From the human T2T-CHM13v2.0 reference genome, Homo sapiens, in NCBI RefSeq assembly GCF_009914755.1, contig NC_060933.1: a stretch of DNA of 64,000 nt. One strand, written 5' to 3'. A program made the position numbers and the translations under genes. Below are positions 41,849 to 56,189 of this stretch, piece by piece. The stretch's first letter is position 1. Each line of letters starts with the position of its first letter. The notes below the pieces were generated by a model. It was given only the letters and a program-made list of their open reading frames with translations. It was not told where the DNA came from and ran no database searches.

Positions 41849-43699
41849 GCTTAGGCTGTAGAATCAGGCTACCTAGGATCAAATGCCAAACCCTCTTCCT
41901 CCTACCTTCGTGATGTTGGGCAAAATACCTCTCTGTGTCACTGTTTCCTCATCTGAGGATTAATTTAGGGATGTTATGAAAACTGGGTTAACATGTTATT
42001 AAATAGGAAATGTTTAGAATAGTGTCTTGCATGTAGCAAGCACTCAATAAATGTTTATTATTATTATTGTTGCGGCTGCAGAACCCAGTGGCAGACCTGG
42101 CACATTCTATTACTCACAGGATGTTTGTTGAAAGAATGAGTGAGGAAGTAGGTGGCTGAAGGTGTGTTCTAAAGACCCTCACCTGTTTCTGTGAAGCCTT
42201 TCAAAAAAGTAGCAATGGGAACCCTGGCCGCACAATGCCTATTCCACTTGCCTTTTCCTCTGGCCAGCATCTCCAGAGCATCTGCTAGCAATCTGGGTCT
42301 TGTGGCATTTTTCTCCTTGTGCTGTTAATTTTAAATGAATTTTCAGGCTGTGGATGATGGAGGAAAAAGCAAAGGGTGGGGGAGGGACTCTAAAGCGTGG
42401 ACAGAAGGGAGCCACAATTACAGAGTTTAGGCACAAGAGATCACGTTTCCTGAGAGCAGGGCCCCCCCAACATAAACAATTTCTCTAAGAAAAAAGAAAC
42501 AATCATTTCCTGGAGCCCCCTCTTGAGTCCCATGGGGAAAGTGTCCTCTTTGGCATTTGCAACTTGTTCCAGCCTCCCTGGGAAGCCATGCCACCGTGAA
42601 ACAGAAGGGCAGCAGTGCTTATTTGTAAGTGAAATATCTTTGTGGCTACAAGTCTCCTTTGTGGTTTGGAATTAGGTGCTTGTCCCTGGTGAGGCATTTG
42701 TCCTTTACAAACCAGCCCAGAACACTCTGAGCATCTCCAGTGGCACTCTGAACTCATTCTTCAGGGAGCGGTTTTATCTATAAATTGGGACTCCAAAGCT
42801 TCTGAGCCAAGTCCAGTCCTGGGTCATTACAGACCCTGCTTCTCACAGGATTAGGTTCCCACATTTACCCTAATATTAGTTTCTGAGTTCTTCAAAGGAC
42901 ATCCTATGGATTCCCATCTGCCTTATCGATGTATTGCCAACAGCTAGCAGAGACCAGAAGAGTAGGTACCACCAACTGTGTGTCCAGTTGGAGGGAGGGG
43001 GAGAGCACTTGGCAGTAAAAGAATTCTTTTCAATGAACTGAGCGCCCAGAGGCCGAGCCCTAGCAAAGGAGAAACATCGCAGCCTGTGGGCCAATTGGTG
43101 ATCATATCGTGTTTACTTCCACCTCCATTCCTTGTTTTCCGATGGGACAGGGTGCAGCGTGTGACTCTTATTCACTTACCTCCCAGTACATCGAGAACTG
43201 GAATCTCACTTCAATAGTAATTACCATGATTATAATTCCCTGTGGAACTTGTAGGGTGAGCTCCAAAAACAATTCCTCAAGCTTGTCAAACCACTGCGTC
43301 GATTTGCTTATGAAAGGCAGTTCTAATCAAAAGGGGGTAATTACAATATTAAGTGCCAAGCCTTGCTGTGCAAACTCTTGAGTCATAAGATATTAAGCTT
43401 AATTGAACTCCATTGAAGGAGGCATGCAGCATCACGCACTCAGCTTTCCGAGTTGAGACGAGCCCAAGCTGAAAACTTCACTCCAGGAAAGTGGACAAAT
43501 TACCTGATTTATTAGCCATTCCATGATCACAGTGTTATGTAAGTCAGTGCACCTGCCATAGGAAGCTGTTTTCTTTCTGCAGTTTTAATGCTGTAGGGGT
43601 TACTAAGTGAAATCCCACCCTGCCTTATAAAACTCTCAGTTCTTTTTGGCTGTAACCCAGCACTGAGGTCAGGCCCTGGCCCTGGCCCTGAACCCATTT

Positions 43700-44270
43700 A
43701 TTTACTCATTCATACATTCATTCAATATATATTGAGATTTTTAGTGTGCCAGGTGCTGTGCTGAGAATGGTAGAGGCTGAGATAAATAAATATAACATAT
43801 TCTACGTCTTCAAGAAACTCACCGTTGGTTTGGGAGGTTGGGCTCACAAGCAGGTGATTAACCTACAATGTGAAAGTACTGTAATAAAAAAATGTTCAGG
43901 AGGAGCCGACAAAGGAGTGTCCCAACTTACCTCGGAGAAGTCAGATAAGGTTCCGAGGGGAGGTACCACCTGACTGATTCTAGAAAGATGAGTAGGTGTG
44001 AAAGGCTGTGGGGTGTTCTGAGCAGAGGGACCAGCATGTCCCTCTGCTGTGTGACAGAGTGAAAGAACTCTACTTATCATCATATCTTACATATCATCAG
44101 GATCATACATATCATCGGGAAGTTACGAATACTTCACTGTGATTTTAAAATGATGTATACCTATACATGTACATATACGCAAGCAGGTGGACAGAGGTTG
44201 TGAAGAAGCTCAGGGAAACGGGCCAGTAATAAGATAAGCCTTGTTGGTCATATTAGGACTATCTCCAAAC
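43700..44270 (-). mobile_element. L2 3' region
   Basis: cattcattcaatatatattgag...gtgccaggtgctgtgctg. Confidence 0.7.
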
Positions 44271-46962
44271 CCTCCTCCCAGAAAGAGGGTCAGAATCCAA
44301 GTACTGTGTTTTGGGGAATCTACATGAAAATATGGAGGCAATCACACAGACGTCACACACTCAGACCCTGACACACACCACACACGTGGTCACAGCCTCC
44401 TCTCCCCACATGCACACAGGTGCTCCTGCTGGGTGTGGTAGCAACCAAATGGATACGTACCCTTTTACACACAGAGAAAATGACCCAGGTGCCCTTAGGA
44501 ACACACCCGCATCTTACAACACAAGTTCGATCTGGGGCTCATTAGCAGCAAAGGAAGTTTTCCTCTAATATGAGCGGGGTGATCAATCATTGCTAGCCGA
44601 TGGATTGCCTCACTGATGTATATGCCATGCTTACAATCACAGGCTTTCATTAATAATTGAATCATCCTTCGCTTTGGCTAAGATGTTAAAAAGAAAGGCA
44701 CGCACTTGAATCCATTTATTTCAGGACTTTTGATTCGTTTGTTTTTAAGAACAGGAAACCAAAGATTTCAGGAGGAGAAGAAAAGAAACATTTATTACAT
44801 CCTCTTGGTGTTCTGTGTGCTTAATATTATTTTAAAGCTAATTTTCTGAGCAACACTCGTGGTGGCTAAATTACTATTTTCATTTTGAAGGTGAAGACCT
44901 GGAGGCTCAGGGAGGTTAAACAACTAATCAAGGTCACCCAGAGTATAGATCAAGGACTGAATCATGCAATAAAAAGCTGCTTTTTCTTCTGATAATAATA
45001 AAAATGGAGGAGGACAATTACAGTATTTTTTATCAAATAAATTTTACATATTTTATAAAATTAATCAACTTTTATTTTCATCAAATAAATCAATCATGGA
45101 CCTGGTTGAGATGCAGACCACAGCAATGGAAGAATAGTAGGTGTATGTGTTACTGCTTTCCTTCCACAAGAACCCGAAGAATACATGTCATGCCAGCTGG
45201 CTGGATCCACAGTGCTGATAAATGGCAACCTTCAGAAATGAGAATGGTTGTGCATCATCTGCTGAATATGCTCTGGGGCTAATAAGGCCAAGTTCGTGAG
45301 CCTGATCTTCTCCTAATCCATTTAGCTTCACCGTATTCTTCCCTTGACAGCTTGCAACAGAGAGGCTAGAGAGAAGGTGTACTGTTGTACACAAATGCAT
45401 CCGTCTACAAGAGTAAGCATTCCAAGTTTGGGGTCAATGACCAGCATATCAGAACCCAGCACAGGCCTAATGGTCTGAGACGGAGAGACAGACCATCTGG
45501 CCAGTCCTCAAGGCTGCAGATTTCCAAGGTAAAACTTGGTATTCCTCGGCCCCTTTGGGGTTAGAAACAATTGAAGCTCTTTTTACTTTGAATGTGTTAG
45601 AAGGGTAAGAGTTTTTCCTTAAGCTCTTTGAATGAATAAGTAATTGCCCAGACATTCTTTTTTTTTATTTTCCACCTGAGACTTTCCTTTTGTTACTGAA
45701 TGAGTAACACCAATAATTACTGGCAGTTGCTCATTACTTCCTAATGTGATAAGCAATGCTAATCTCTATCCTTATTTGGAAATACTTCTATTTGTATGCA
45801 ATGTTTAAAAAGAAACTATGAGATTTCATTTTTATTTCTCTCCATTTCAATTCTTAGTGGGTTAGAATACAAGGAGAATATGTTCTTGCTGCTCCTGGCT
45901 CAACAGTTTAAAGCCTGACTAATACAGTTCCATCTCAGGAATAACTCAGTGCTGTTGAACTTTTCCTTGGGAGGCTCTGGGAGAGGCTTGGAGATTTGGC
46001 AACAAGGTTACATCAGGTCATATTATTCAGACCTTTCTGATAGCAGATTTCCTGGGAGGCTGGTATCTTTGATTGGCCTGTCATTTCCAGGCTTTGATAG
46101 TGTGGAAAGAGCAGTGAGAGGTTAGTCAAGTAACAATGCTTCTAGACTTAGTGACTAGCTAAGTGACCTTAGATAATTCATATCCACTCTCTGGACTCCA
46201 GTTTTCTTCTCTGTAAAATGAAGGGCTTATGCCAGAAGTTTCCTCATAGTTATGTTATCAGAAGTTTAGCAATACAGCAAACATTTATTGAGCATCTACT
46301 GTGTTTAAGACGTTGAACTAAATGCTGCAAATGAAAAGGTGAATCACAACTAGTGGTATCTTCTGAGTTTTCAGAGACTAGAGGGAAAAGCAGATACTGA
46401 TGGTGTTAACACAATGTGTATGCTGTGTTAGAAGTCTATACCATCCATTATTCTATGAAATATTCTCCATGTATTCATGCACATGGATAAACTGGCTTTT
46501 GAATCCATGGAGTAAAAGGACGTTAAGCCGTACGGGTTCTCAGGACTGGAGTTGGTGTACAAGCATGGACAGATTGATTACTTTGGGGAAACTCATTCAG
46601 TTCCAGTATTGTTGTTGTTTTTACCTTCATGCAACCGTGTTCTCCATAAAAACAACAGCAAGCCATGCAGATAGAAGTTCTGTCAACAAGCCTGTTATTA
46701 ATTATTATCATAATGATCTAAACCAACCTGCTGAGCTTTTTGATGTTTGCTCAGCTCCATGGATTAAGATGAAAATCTGGGTGTGATCTCTATCATTGTC
46801 ACATTAGGATCCATGGCCCATTAATCTCAGGCTACAAACGACCATAGGTAACCTCAAATATACACATTTTACCCATGGGCTCTATGCACTACTTCCGTGC
46901 CCCCTGCTCTGCCTCCCATAAAACTTGAGGCTTAAGGAAGCTTTTCTGGGTGAAATCTAGCT

Positions 46963-47081
46963 AGAATGGACTTTCCCTCGATTCCGGAGTCGTCCAAAAT
47001 GTTTTCCAAGTGTTTCCCTTCAAGTTGAATCCTCAGTGGCCGTGGAAACTTGCCAAACAAGATACTTTCCAAGACTAATAT
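46963..47081 (-). pseudogene. CATSPERG-like exon remnant 5
   Basis: Pyrimidine tract plus AG. GKYLVWQVSTATEDST*RETL ~ [21 protein letters not shown]. Confidence 0.58.
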
Positions 47082-48769
47082 CTTGACAACAAAATTTGTA
47101 AAAGATGAAAGAAAAGGCTGGGGGAGGGCATGCAAACATCAACACTTTAGGCTTGAACTCAAGATGTAAACACAGAGCAAAAGGATGTCAGGGGACTGCT
47201 TTACGCAGCTGTGAGGTTAGTAAGGGAGACCTGGGTTCTATTTCAGCCCTGCTCTTGCTTCATGTATGACCTGGGGATATGGTAGCTAGGACCATAGGAT
47301 TTGGAAACAAGCACACTCAGGTTAAGAGGTCTGTAACCTTGCTCATATAAGTTAATTTCCCTGTCAGGCCATGTGCAGCTGAGAGACAAAAAACAACAAT
47401 AAAATAGCCCTCAGAAAGCTAAGAGTCACAATAGCAGCAAATGAGAAAATGATAGGAAAACACAGTCTCCACAAATCCAAAGTTAAAGGAACATTCCACC
47501 TTTTAATGTGTATGAGAGTTTTGTAAACTGTAAAGTGCCTGTGCACATAGATGTCATAGGTGCAGATGGCCATTGTGAGGTAGGCCCTCTTGGTCTCATA
47601 TCTGGGGACCTGAAAAAATGTACTTAATGTACTTCTTGGGAAAACCTTGAAAATCTAATGGATAGCTTGATTTTAAGCTGTTTTAGAACGGATTGAAGGA
47701 AGACGACTCCGTTCAGATAAGCAAAAAGGATGTCCCTGAGAGTTTATCTTTTTGGATCTAACCTACCTTTTCCCAGGCCCAGTAAAGTGCCTCACACAAA
47801 GTAGGCATCCCATGAATTAAGAATCTTATTGTATTGTATCAGTTCATTGGGTACTTCCTAATGATCTCTCACATTGTCTTTTATTCCTCTTCTCCCACTA
47901 ACCACTCTCAAATATCCCTTTTGTGATTATTTATGACAGAGCAGCAATATAGCTCACCTTTGAATGAACATGGACCATGCAAACTGTCATATGCTTGGTG
48001 ACTCCTTTAAGTCACTCAGAAATTTATTATGGCAAGCTTGATCCTTAAAGAATGTCTCCTTTTACATCTCCTAATATACACAGGTTGCGTGTGTGAACAC
48101 CTGCTCAGGTCCCCACATTTTATGGAAATGACACTGAATCATTTTGCAACAAAGGAAGGGCTTTGGATACTTCTTGGAGGTGTGTCTGAGTGACAGGATC
48201 TGGGCAAACCAGTTGAATGGGTGCACCCCTAAGCAACCAGTGGCCTACTCTGGAAGGAATTGAGTTCTGAAACCAGAAGGAACCATGATTACAGAAGTTC
48301 CTAAGCTTTCCTACCTATAAGGCAGAGATGCTGTATTCTTCACAACAGAAAATCTAGCCACATGTAAGGAGGCTGCTAACCAGAAGATGGCCTATTGTTC
48401 AGCAGGCTAAGAACTACTCACATCTTTCCACTTAGATTCTCTTGGCTAGAGAGCCCTTTACAGAGCTTCCAGTCCAGTGTTTTTTGTCTTCTCTTCAAGG
48501 CAGTCCTAGAATTACCCCAAGCTGCCTTAGAATCAACCTTAGGGGCAAGAAAATGGGGCTAAGTAAGTTCTTGAGATTTCTGTTTCCATACAGAAACTCT
48601 GATTTTGTTCTCTTTTATATCTTGGGATTCTTTGAATGATTTATTTTAAGGAAAGAGTACGTCTGCCTAATAAAAGTATTTAAAAAGAATTCCTCCCCAC
48701 CCCATCACCCTTTTTTTTTTTTTTTTTTAAAGGCAAATTGGGTCCAGGAGATGAAAAGTGAAACTAATC

Positions 48770-50125
48770 CCTTTAACAAAGACTTCCATGTTGCCAAAGT
48801 CAACCCTTTTTCTACTCGACCTCTTGGCAGCATTTGATCCCAGTTTATCACTCCCTCCATCTTGAGTTGTTTTCTTCTCTTGGCTTCCATGACAATGTAC
48901 TCTCCTAGAGTTTGTCTTCCAGTACTGTCTGATTCCTCTCGGTCTTTTTCCTGGCCCCCAATACTCCAACTCCAAATGCTGGCCTTTCCAGGGCTCTGCA
49001 CTGAGACTTTCTCTCTTCTTCAACTATATGCTCCCCCTAGGAATCACATCTACTCTCATAGCTTTAAATTCTGTCCTCATACAAATGATTCCTACTTGCA
49101 TAATCACACTTCTGATCTCCTCTTACTGGACTCAAAACTCGTATATGAACTTTATGTCTTCTCTACTTGAGTGTCTCAAACTAGACATTTTGAAGGTGGA
49201 AATCTTGGTCTCCCTCCTCCCCCAACCCCATCTATACCTTGTCCAGCTGTCCCTGCCCAGTAACTGACGACCTTCCCTGTCGCCTAGCATATGAACTGGA
49301 GTAATAGTCCTATGTGTTGAATATGTTGCCCACAGGACTGCCCCTGCAGCATGGGCGAAAAGTTAGAATTTCTTTCTCTCACCCCTACATTTAACCCATC
49401 AGCACCAGGACTCTAGTTCATAAACATACATCAGGTCCTGGTCTACAGACACTATCTGAACTTGTGCCATCTGTTTTCACCTACATCAATGAATAGCCTC
49501 TTAATAGGTCTCATTGCTTGTATTCTGGTCTCCACTTCCCTCATAATCCATTCTCCCTATGGTTTTAAATATGTAAATCAAATAATATTATTCTCCTGCT
49601 CAAAACCTTTTAGCCACCTGTTGCATATATAATAAAACCACCATTCTTCCCCAGGCCTGTGGAGCCCCTGCCTTCCTCACTGACCTCACGTGGAATGACT
49701 CCTACATTCACTCCCCGAGCTCCAGGCACACAGGCTTTCTTCTGATTCCTGGAACATCCCAAGCTTGGTTTTACATGAGGCTCTTGTAAGAGAAGCTGCC
49801 TCTTCCTGGAATGTTTTTCTCTTAGGTCTCAAACTCAAGTCTAAATATTACTGCTGGCCTCCAAAAAAACTTTCCTTGACTTCCTTTTCAAAATGTTGCC
49901 TTCCCAGACACTTTGTAGCATATTTCCTCCTTTTAATTCAAATACCTATTATCTAACACTTATTTTTTCTTTCATTTCTTATTATTTAATGCACTATTTT
50001 CCTCCCATCAAAGTCCATGAGAACAGGAATCTTTCCTGTCTTGTGCAATGCTTTTCCCCAGCTCCTAGAACAATTCCCAGCACATGATTAACATTCAGTG
50101 GGTATTTACTGAACACATGAATTGA
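48770..50125 (+). mobile_element. L2 LINE (ORF2 remnant to 3' end)
   Basis: ttccatgttgccaaagtc...gcagcatttga...tgaacacatgaattgaa. Confidence 0.8.
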
Positions 50126-50344
50126 AAGTGACTCTTTTAAAGACAGCCCTGGCAGAACCAGGCTGCCAAACTCCCACGTCAATGAAGGACTCATGAATTG
50201 ACTTCTAGAGTCTCTGTTCAGGACACAGCGTTTTATGGATCTATGTAATGACTTCCTTCCCACTGAGCAAAGAAACGAAATAAAGTTGCTAGAGATATAA
50301 CCTGTAGAGTTATGGGAATATTTTACTGCCTAGAAAATAATCTA

Positions 50345-51260
50345 CTTATTCAATAAACATTTATTGAGGGCCTATTACGTGGAAGTTAGGCGCCAGGAAT
50401 ATAAACATGAACAAGATAAAATCTCACCCTCTTCTGTAGACAAGGATAGAGACATCTAAGCATATGGTGACAGTATTAACATTTTAGTGGTCATAATAAT
50501 AGCCAGTGCTTACTGAGCACTTAGCAATGGGGCACTCTTCTGAGGACTTAAAGTACTTGGCACATTTATTTCTATGTTGTATATACTACTCTTCCCCTCA
50601 TTCTGCAGTTGAGGAAACTGAGTCATAGTTTAGGTAATTTGCACAAGGTCAAAGAGAGCATGTGCAGAGCTGGGCTTTGCATCCTGATAGGGTATTGGGG
50701 AGCATGTTCCCTCAGCATGATGCTCTGCTGCCTCTCTCCTACAGGCGTGCAGGAATTGATTTGGGGACACAAGAAGGAATAATTCTCTCTGTCCTTGGTG
50801 GCGAGGGAGATTCAGTGAAGAATTTACTATGGAAATGATCTTTGAGCTTGGTACTTGCAGGTTGAGATGGTGTTCCCCATAGGGACATGTTGTAGGGGTA
50901 CCCAAGGTAGAACAGCTGAGCAGAGCCACTGAGTTGCAAAAGGGCATCATTGTCTTGGAAACCTTGTGGGATTTGGTGGGGCTGGCACATCATGAGTAGT
51001 AAAGAAGAGATGCAGGGTGAAACTATAGAGAAATGCAGGGGCCATGATGAGAAGTTTCTTCTATTGCAGATTAAGAATGAATTTTACACCCTTGGCAATG
51101 GGGAGCAACTGGAGATATTTAAGCTAATGAATGACACATTCTAAGTTTGCTTTAGAGAGGTCACATAAAAGGCGGATGGGAGAAGGAGAGAGAAGTCAAA
51201 GGGAGACTATTTAAAAAGTTCTTGCAGTGGTCCAGGCAGGAGATGCTGAGGACTCGTGGG
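50345..51260 (-). mobile_element. L2 fragments with nested MIR (~50490-50690)
   Basis: ttcaataaacatttattgagg; gaggaaactgagtcatag. Confidence 0.65.
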
Positions 51261-51811
51261 GCCTCGTGGCCCCTGTCTCCTAGGGGTAAGAGAGGTGCCC
51301 CTGGTGGTCTAATGCTGTGTGTGGAAGGAGAGAGAGGGCAGTCACCTGGGGTAAACTCAGGGTGTTTGCTGAAGGCGGGTACAGGCCACTTCCCCAGCCA
51401 CCAAGGAAGTCAGCACAGTTGCCCTGGCCTCTGTATAGCTGCCCCACCCTTTGACTCCAGCCAGCTGTTGGCAGGACTCTGACATAGCCTCCTCACCACT
51501 GCTGTGGCTTCAGGCTTTGACAGGAAAAGGCTGCTGTCCTCTTGTTAAGGGCTGTGCCTCAGCCAAGTGCAGAAGTGATGTCAATGCCTTTCTGCCCTGC
51601 CTGTCTCAGAGTTCTTTCAAAACAGGCTTTAAAAACATGCTGAGGTCACAGAGAATGTGTTAACTTGTTTGGTGGATTATTATCATTTTATCACTCTTGT
51701 GATTGGCTAGAGGAGATGAGCTCTACAGTACTTAAGAGAGCATGGGAATTTCCATGCTCTAGAATTGATAAATGGGAATAATCAAAGAAAAGATCAGTAG
51801 CAAGTCCTTGC

Positions 51812-52051
51812 CTTCAGAAAGAACAAGACCCCTAAGTTTTTCCCATAGTACTCAAAATCAGTAGAAAGAAGGTTTTGGCTTTTGAATTTTAAATAGATTC
51901 ATTGATTTTAAATAAATCGATCACAATAAATTTTGCATAAGAAAGAAATCCTAAATAAAAAGAATTCCACTCCAACTCTACAAAAGAGTTGTCTTCTATA
52001 ATGAAGACCCAATGAGAGCCAGCTGTGGTCAAAATGTCTTCAGTTGTTGTC
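51812..52051 (-). pseudogene. CATSPERG-like exon remnant 4
   Basis: Acceptor tttccatttgctaccAG. AGSHWVFII ~ NGSEYIMAL; FYLGFLSYAKF ~ VHFGTIRDGQV; (fs) FEYYGKNLGVLFFLK ~ SEYIAGEYTLLLLVE. Donor AAG|GCAAG. Confidence 0.68.
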
Positions 52052-53879
52052 CTGGTAGCAAATGGAAATTGTCCTTCCTTCAACTACTCTTACCTCTCCT
52101 CATCTGAACATTTTCACAGGTGCTTACTGGCATCCCAAATTGCTCTCCATGGCAAAGTCTTTCAGGACAAAATCTAGGCGTTTATGAGATGAGTAGCTGG
52201 AAGTGATATGTTCTCAATGTTCCCTGCTGGGTTTTAAAAAATTATGTTTTTTTTTCCGCTAAGCACCTACCTGGAAGACCTGATATTAACCTTATTTCAA
52301 CTCTTGATCCCAATGATTAAAAATATAATTGCTATCAGTATAGTTATTACAACAAAACTTCGCTGTCATCAACTTGGTTGTATACTGTAATTTTATCCAA
52401 AATAACACATTTGTAGAGAGTTGTAGATGTTTTTAGACATAAGAGATCTTTTACCAGCTTAAGGATTCTATGGACCTTACCATGTTTGTGAATATGTGAG
52501 CTATGATGCTGGAGGATTTCAGTATGCTGAAGAATTGTTGCAGTACACTAGATGTCTTAAAATGATTGCAGCTAGTTGCTTAAGTTGGAAGTGTTTAAAA
52601 GTGTATTCCAAACACAAGTTATAGGAAATATTTTGAGGCAAAAAATTTCCATTGTATACTAATTCTAGAATATGGCACATATTTTTGTTTTGGAGATTTA
52701 CAATACAATAAAGAAACCATGTTCTGTCCAATTCTACTTAAACACAGCATTTGTTACACTTTTATTGACCACAGAATCATAGTGTGCATGTGTGTATGTG
52801 TGTGCGCAACAATGTAAGAAATCTGCAATAATGATTCTCTTAAGGTTTGACTAAAAAAAAAAAAACTGCAAGGCACATGAGTATAACCAATAAAATGACC
52901 TGTGAATGGATTTTTCATTCAGGTTCTATTGCCGTTAGCTCTTCGAGATCTTTCTGAATTTTGCGTAGTCAGTTGTAAGTTCATTCTCATGACTTTCTCC
53001 AGCCTTGCTGTTTGCCATACCATGGCATTTTTCTTCCTTACCAATGATCTAGGTTTCCCCCCACCTCCAATTCACTCTCCACCTGCAGGTTAGTTGGACT
53101 CCATCATCATCATCAGGCTCCTCCCACTGCTCTTCCAGGTCACAGCTAAACAACTGAAATGCCATTCCAGATGTTTCTCAGATGCCTTTGTCCCCACACT
53201 CTTTGAACCAGTTGATAACGTTCAAAGTTATTTTATTCTTGGAATGCCACCTTCCTCAAGCTTCAAAATACTGAACTGCCAAGGTTGTTCCTGATACATC
53301 AGCCACCCCTTCTCTTCCTCTATACGTCTCTTTTTCTTTCTTCCCTCACTCCAGATAAAGTAAGCTACTATCTGTTAAGAATCTGTTATGTACTTTATGT
53401 ATTTTATCTCATTCGATCTTCACAATGGAAATCAGATGTAGGAGTCCCCTCTTACTGTTAAGAAACCAAGGATCAGAGAGCTCGAGATACTTGTTCAAGG
53501 TCACGCAGCTAGTAAGTGGCAGGATAAGAATTCCCATTTTAATTTCTCAAAACACCCAATTCTGTGTCACTTTTTCTACTTCTATATCTCAAACAGGGCA
53601 TGGGTACCCCTGGGTGAGAGAGTAGGCAAAATCGCTGGTTAGGTATGGAGAATCTACGACTATCTACACCACTTAACATCATGGAAAAACAGTAAATAAT
53701 ATATTTTCAAGGTGAAACAAAACAGTCCATCATATGAGCTAGAATACATACTTCAAAAGAAATTTTAAGATGGACCTTAAGTCTACAATGGAATGTTGTA
53801 ACTCTCAGGGATGTCACTTGGCTCTTGTTGACTGACACATTCTGGGCACTCAATATAGCCACTAGCAGCAGCAATAGCA

Positions 53880-54680
53880 CCATTGTTGTTATTGTTTTTA
53901 CTCTGTCCCAGAATCTGTGCTCAGATGCTGCAGGTAAGATGGTGGTAGATAAAAATGACGTGGTTTCCACCCTAATGTAGTTCACACTCTAGTGGATAAG
54001 ACAGGAAATCACCATGCAATATATAATTGCAAACTGCAGTAAGTGTGGGGAGTTATGAGAGCGTGTAGCAGGAGGAACTGATGTAGTGGTGGGGAGGAAG
54101 AGGCACGAGTGATGAGGAAGGTTCCCGAGGGCAATGATAATGAACTGAGATCTGAAGAATGAGTGGAGTTAAGTGAGTGAATTAGTATGTGAAAAGTGCT
54201 CTCCTGGGAAGGACCAAACTATATGAAGGCTTCTGAGCATGGAGTTTTGCAAAGACAGAAACACCAATGTGCCTGGAGCCTGGAAATCAAGGTGTAGAGT
54301 GGCTGAGGATGAGTCTGGATAGGTAAACTGGACCTAAGCCAGGTATGATATTGTAGACAGCAGTAGGAGATTTTGTTTTGTCCTAAGACAAGTGGCAAAC
54401 TGTTGAAGGTTTTAAGTAAAGGAGTGACATGCTATGACTTAGGCTGTTGTGGGGAGAATGCATTGGGATGAATGGCAAAAATCGAAGGGCAGTGATCAGT
54501 TAAAAGTTCTTTCAGTAGTTCAGGACTAGGATGATAGTGGAGGCAGAGAGAGATCTACCAATTTGAAGATATTCAGATTCAAGAATGGCTTACATGTAGA
54601 GGGTGACAGAGAAAAAGGTATCAAGGACAATGCCTGGATGTCTAGCTTGGGGAGTTGTGTGGACAATGGTAACATGCTTG
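53880..54680 (-). mobile_element. L2 fragment
   Basis: gaactgagatctgaagaatgag and similar motifs. Confidence 0.7.
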
Positions 54681-55329
54681 AGGCCACCTAGTTAGTAACC
54701 AGCAGGGTCAGGCCTGTGACCCAAGGCTTGGGTGATGACCTGTAACACATCACAGCTCTTCCCAGTGACAGGGCTTGAAATCCTTCTGCTCCAGTTGAGA
54801 TATTACGTCCTTGCATATGGGCCTCATGAAAAGTTCTTCTAAAATTGGAAACTTCTAACAACCTTGGACTTGGAGTTAAGATATCTTAGATTAAAATTCT
54901 TGTAGCATGAACAGGTCACTCAACATCGCTGAGCAAGCATCCTCATTCAGTTCAACACACATAGTCCAAATACTTGTTTCAAAACGAAGTGCTGTGGGAG
55001 GTAGAAGAGATGGGTTCAATCTGCAACAGAGACGTCTTCATGTGAATCTGGGACCATTTCTGGTCCTCTCCTCAAGTCACACTGCTGTCTTTTCCTCTAT
55101 GGGTTGCTTCTGTGGTATGGGAGCTGAGAGGAGCTTTTGATTGAATGTATTTTTGCTCTGCAATTTCAGGCGAAGTCAGCTGTAATTTCCTGCATGTTAG
55201 AGGCCCAGGAAATGTGTAGTGATGACAAAACTTGCCCCTTAATCTGTTCCTCATCATCAGCAGGTGGGCTACTAGAACGTTATTTGTGTTGAGATCTGGA
55301 AATAAAAATATGGCTAGTCATGAGTGTAA

Positions 55330-55522
55330 GGCAAAGGACCTCAAAGTTTCTGGTGCATAAGAATCACTGGGGTGGCTTTTTAAAACACAGATCTCTGGGC
55401 CCTGCTAACCCAGAAATTCTAATTCAGGAAGTCAGGATGCAACGAAGAAATCTGTATTTTAGTAAACTTCCAAGATGAATCTCACGCTGATGATCTAACT
55501 GCTACATTGAAAGAAACATTGG
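55330..55522. mobile_element. MER5A/B (hAT-Charlie)
   Basis: gcataagaatcactgggg...aatctgtattttagtaaacttcc. Confidence 0.7.
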
Positions 55523-56189
55523 CTTGGGGGTTGTCAATTTGGCTGTGATTCCTTGAGGGTAGAAACCTTGTCTGCTTTACTATACCAAGACCTACTTGGT
55601 TGCTCCATAAACATCTGAGTTAAATTGAAAAATCTTTGAGTTTTTCCAAATGGAATTACTATGTTGTGGCCCAATTTTTCCTCCCAGCCATCTCGTTAAA
55701 TTTTTGATGACTCTGCTTTTATTTTAAGGACAATGCATTTGAGGGACATTCTCAAGTTTTGTATTGATGTTAGAGAGGGGTGAGGTTCAGGAAAATTTGG
55801 TGTGTGTGCATTTGCACGTGTGTGGGTGTGTGTATGTGTGATACTAGAAGTTTATGGAAATCCAAAAGTACTATCAAGTAAGCAAAAAGGGCTTGGGACT
55901 CCCATTTGTGAGAACCTGCTGCTGATGGGACCCCCTTCCAATTCTACCATTCACTCAGGATTTGCCTGAAGATATATAACTAAAATTAAGCTAGGCCCAT
56001 GCCGAACCAGGCACATATCTTACTGCTGAGACAGTCTCCCCAGGCCCAGGTAGCCAAAACTCCAAGAGTCTCCTCACAGCCCTGGCCCTGGAGGCAGCTT
56101 CCTGAGGGCTGTTCAGCTACTTTGACCGCATAGGTTTTTATTCTCCTTGCTATGCTTTCTCATCTGCAGCAGCTCATCTGTGCATTTTC

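Noticed and set aside
52240-52790. Possible DNA transposon or additional exon
   Set aside because: I could not identify terminal repeats or a convincing reading frame.
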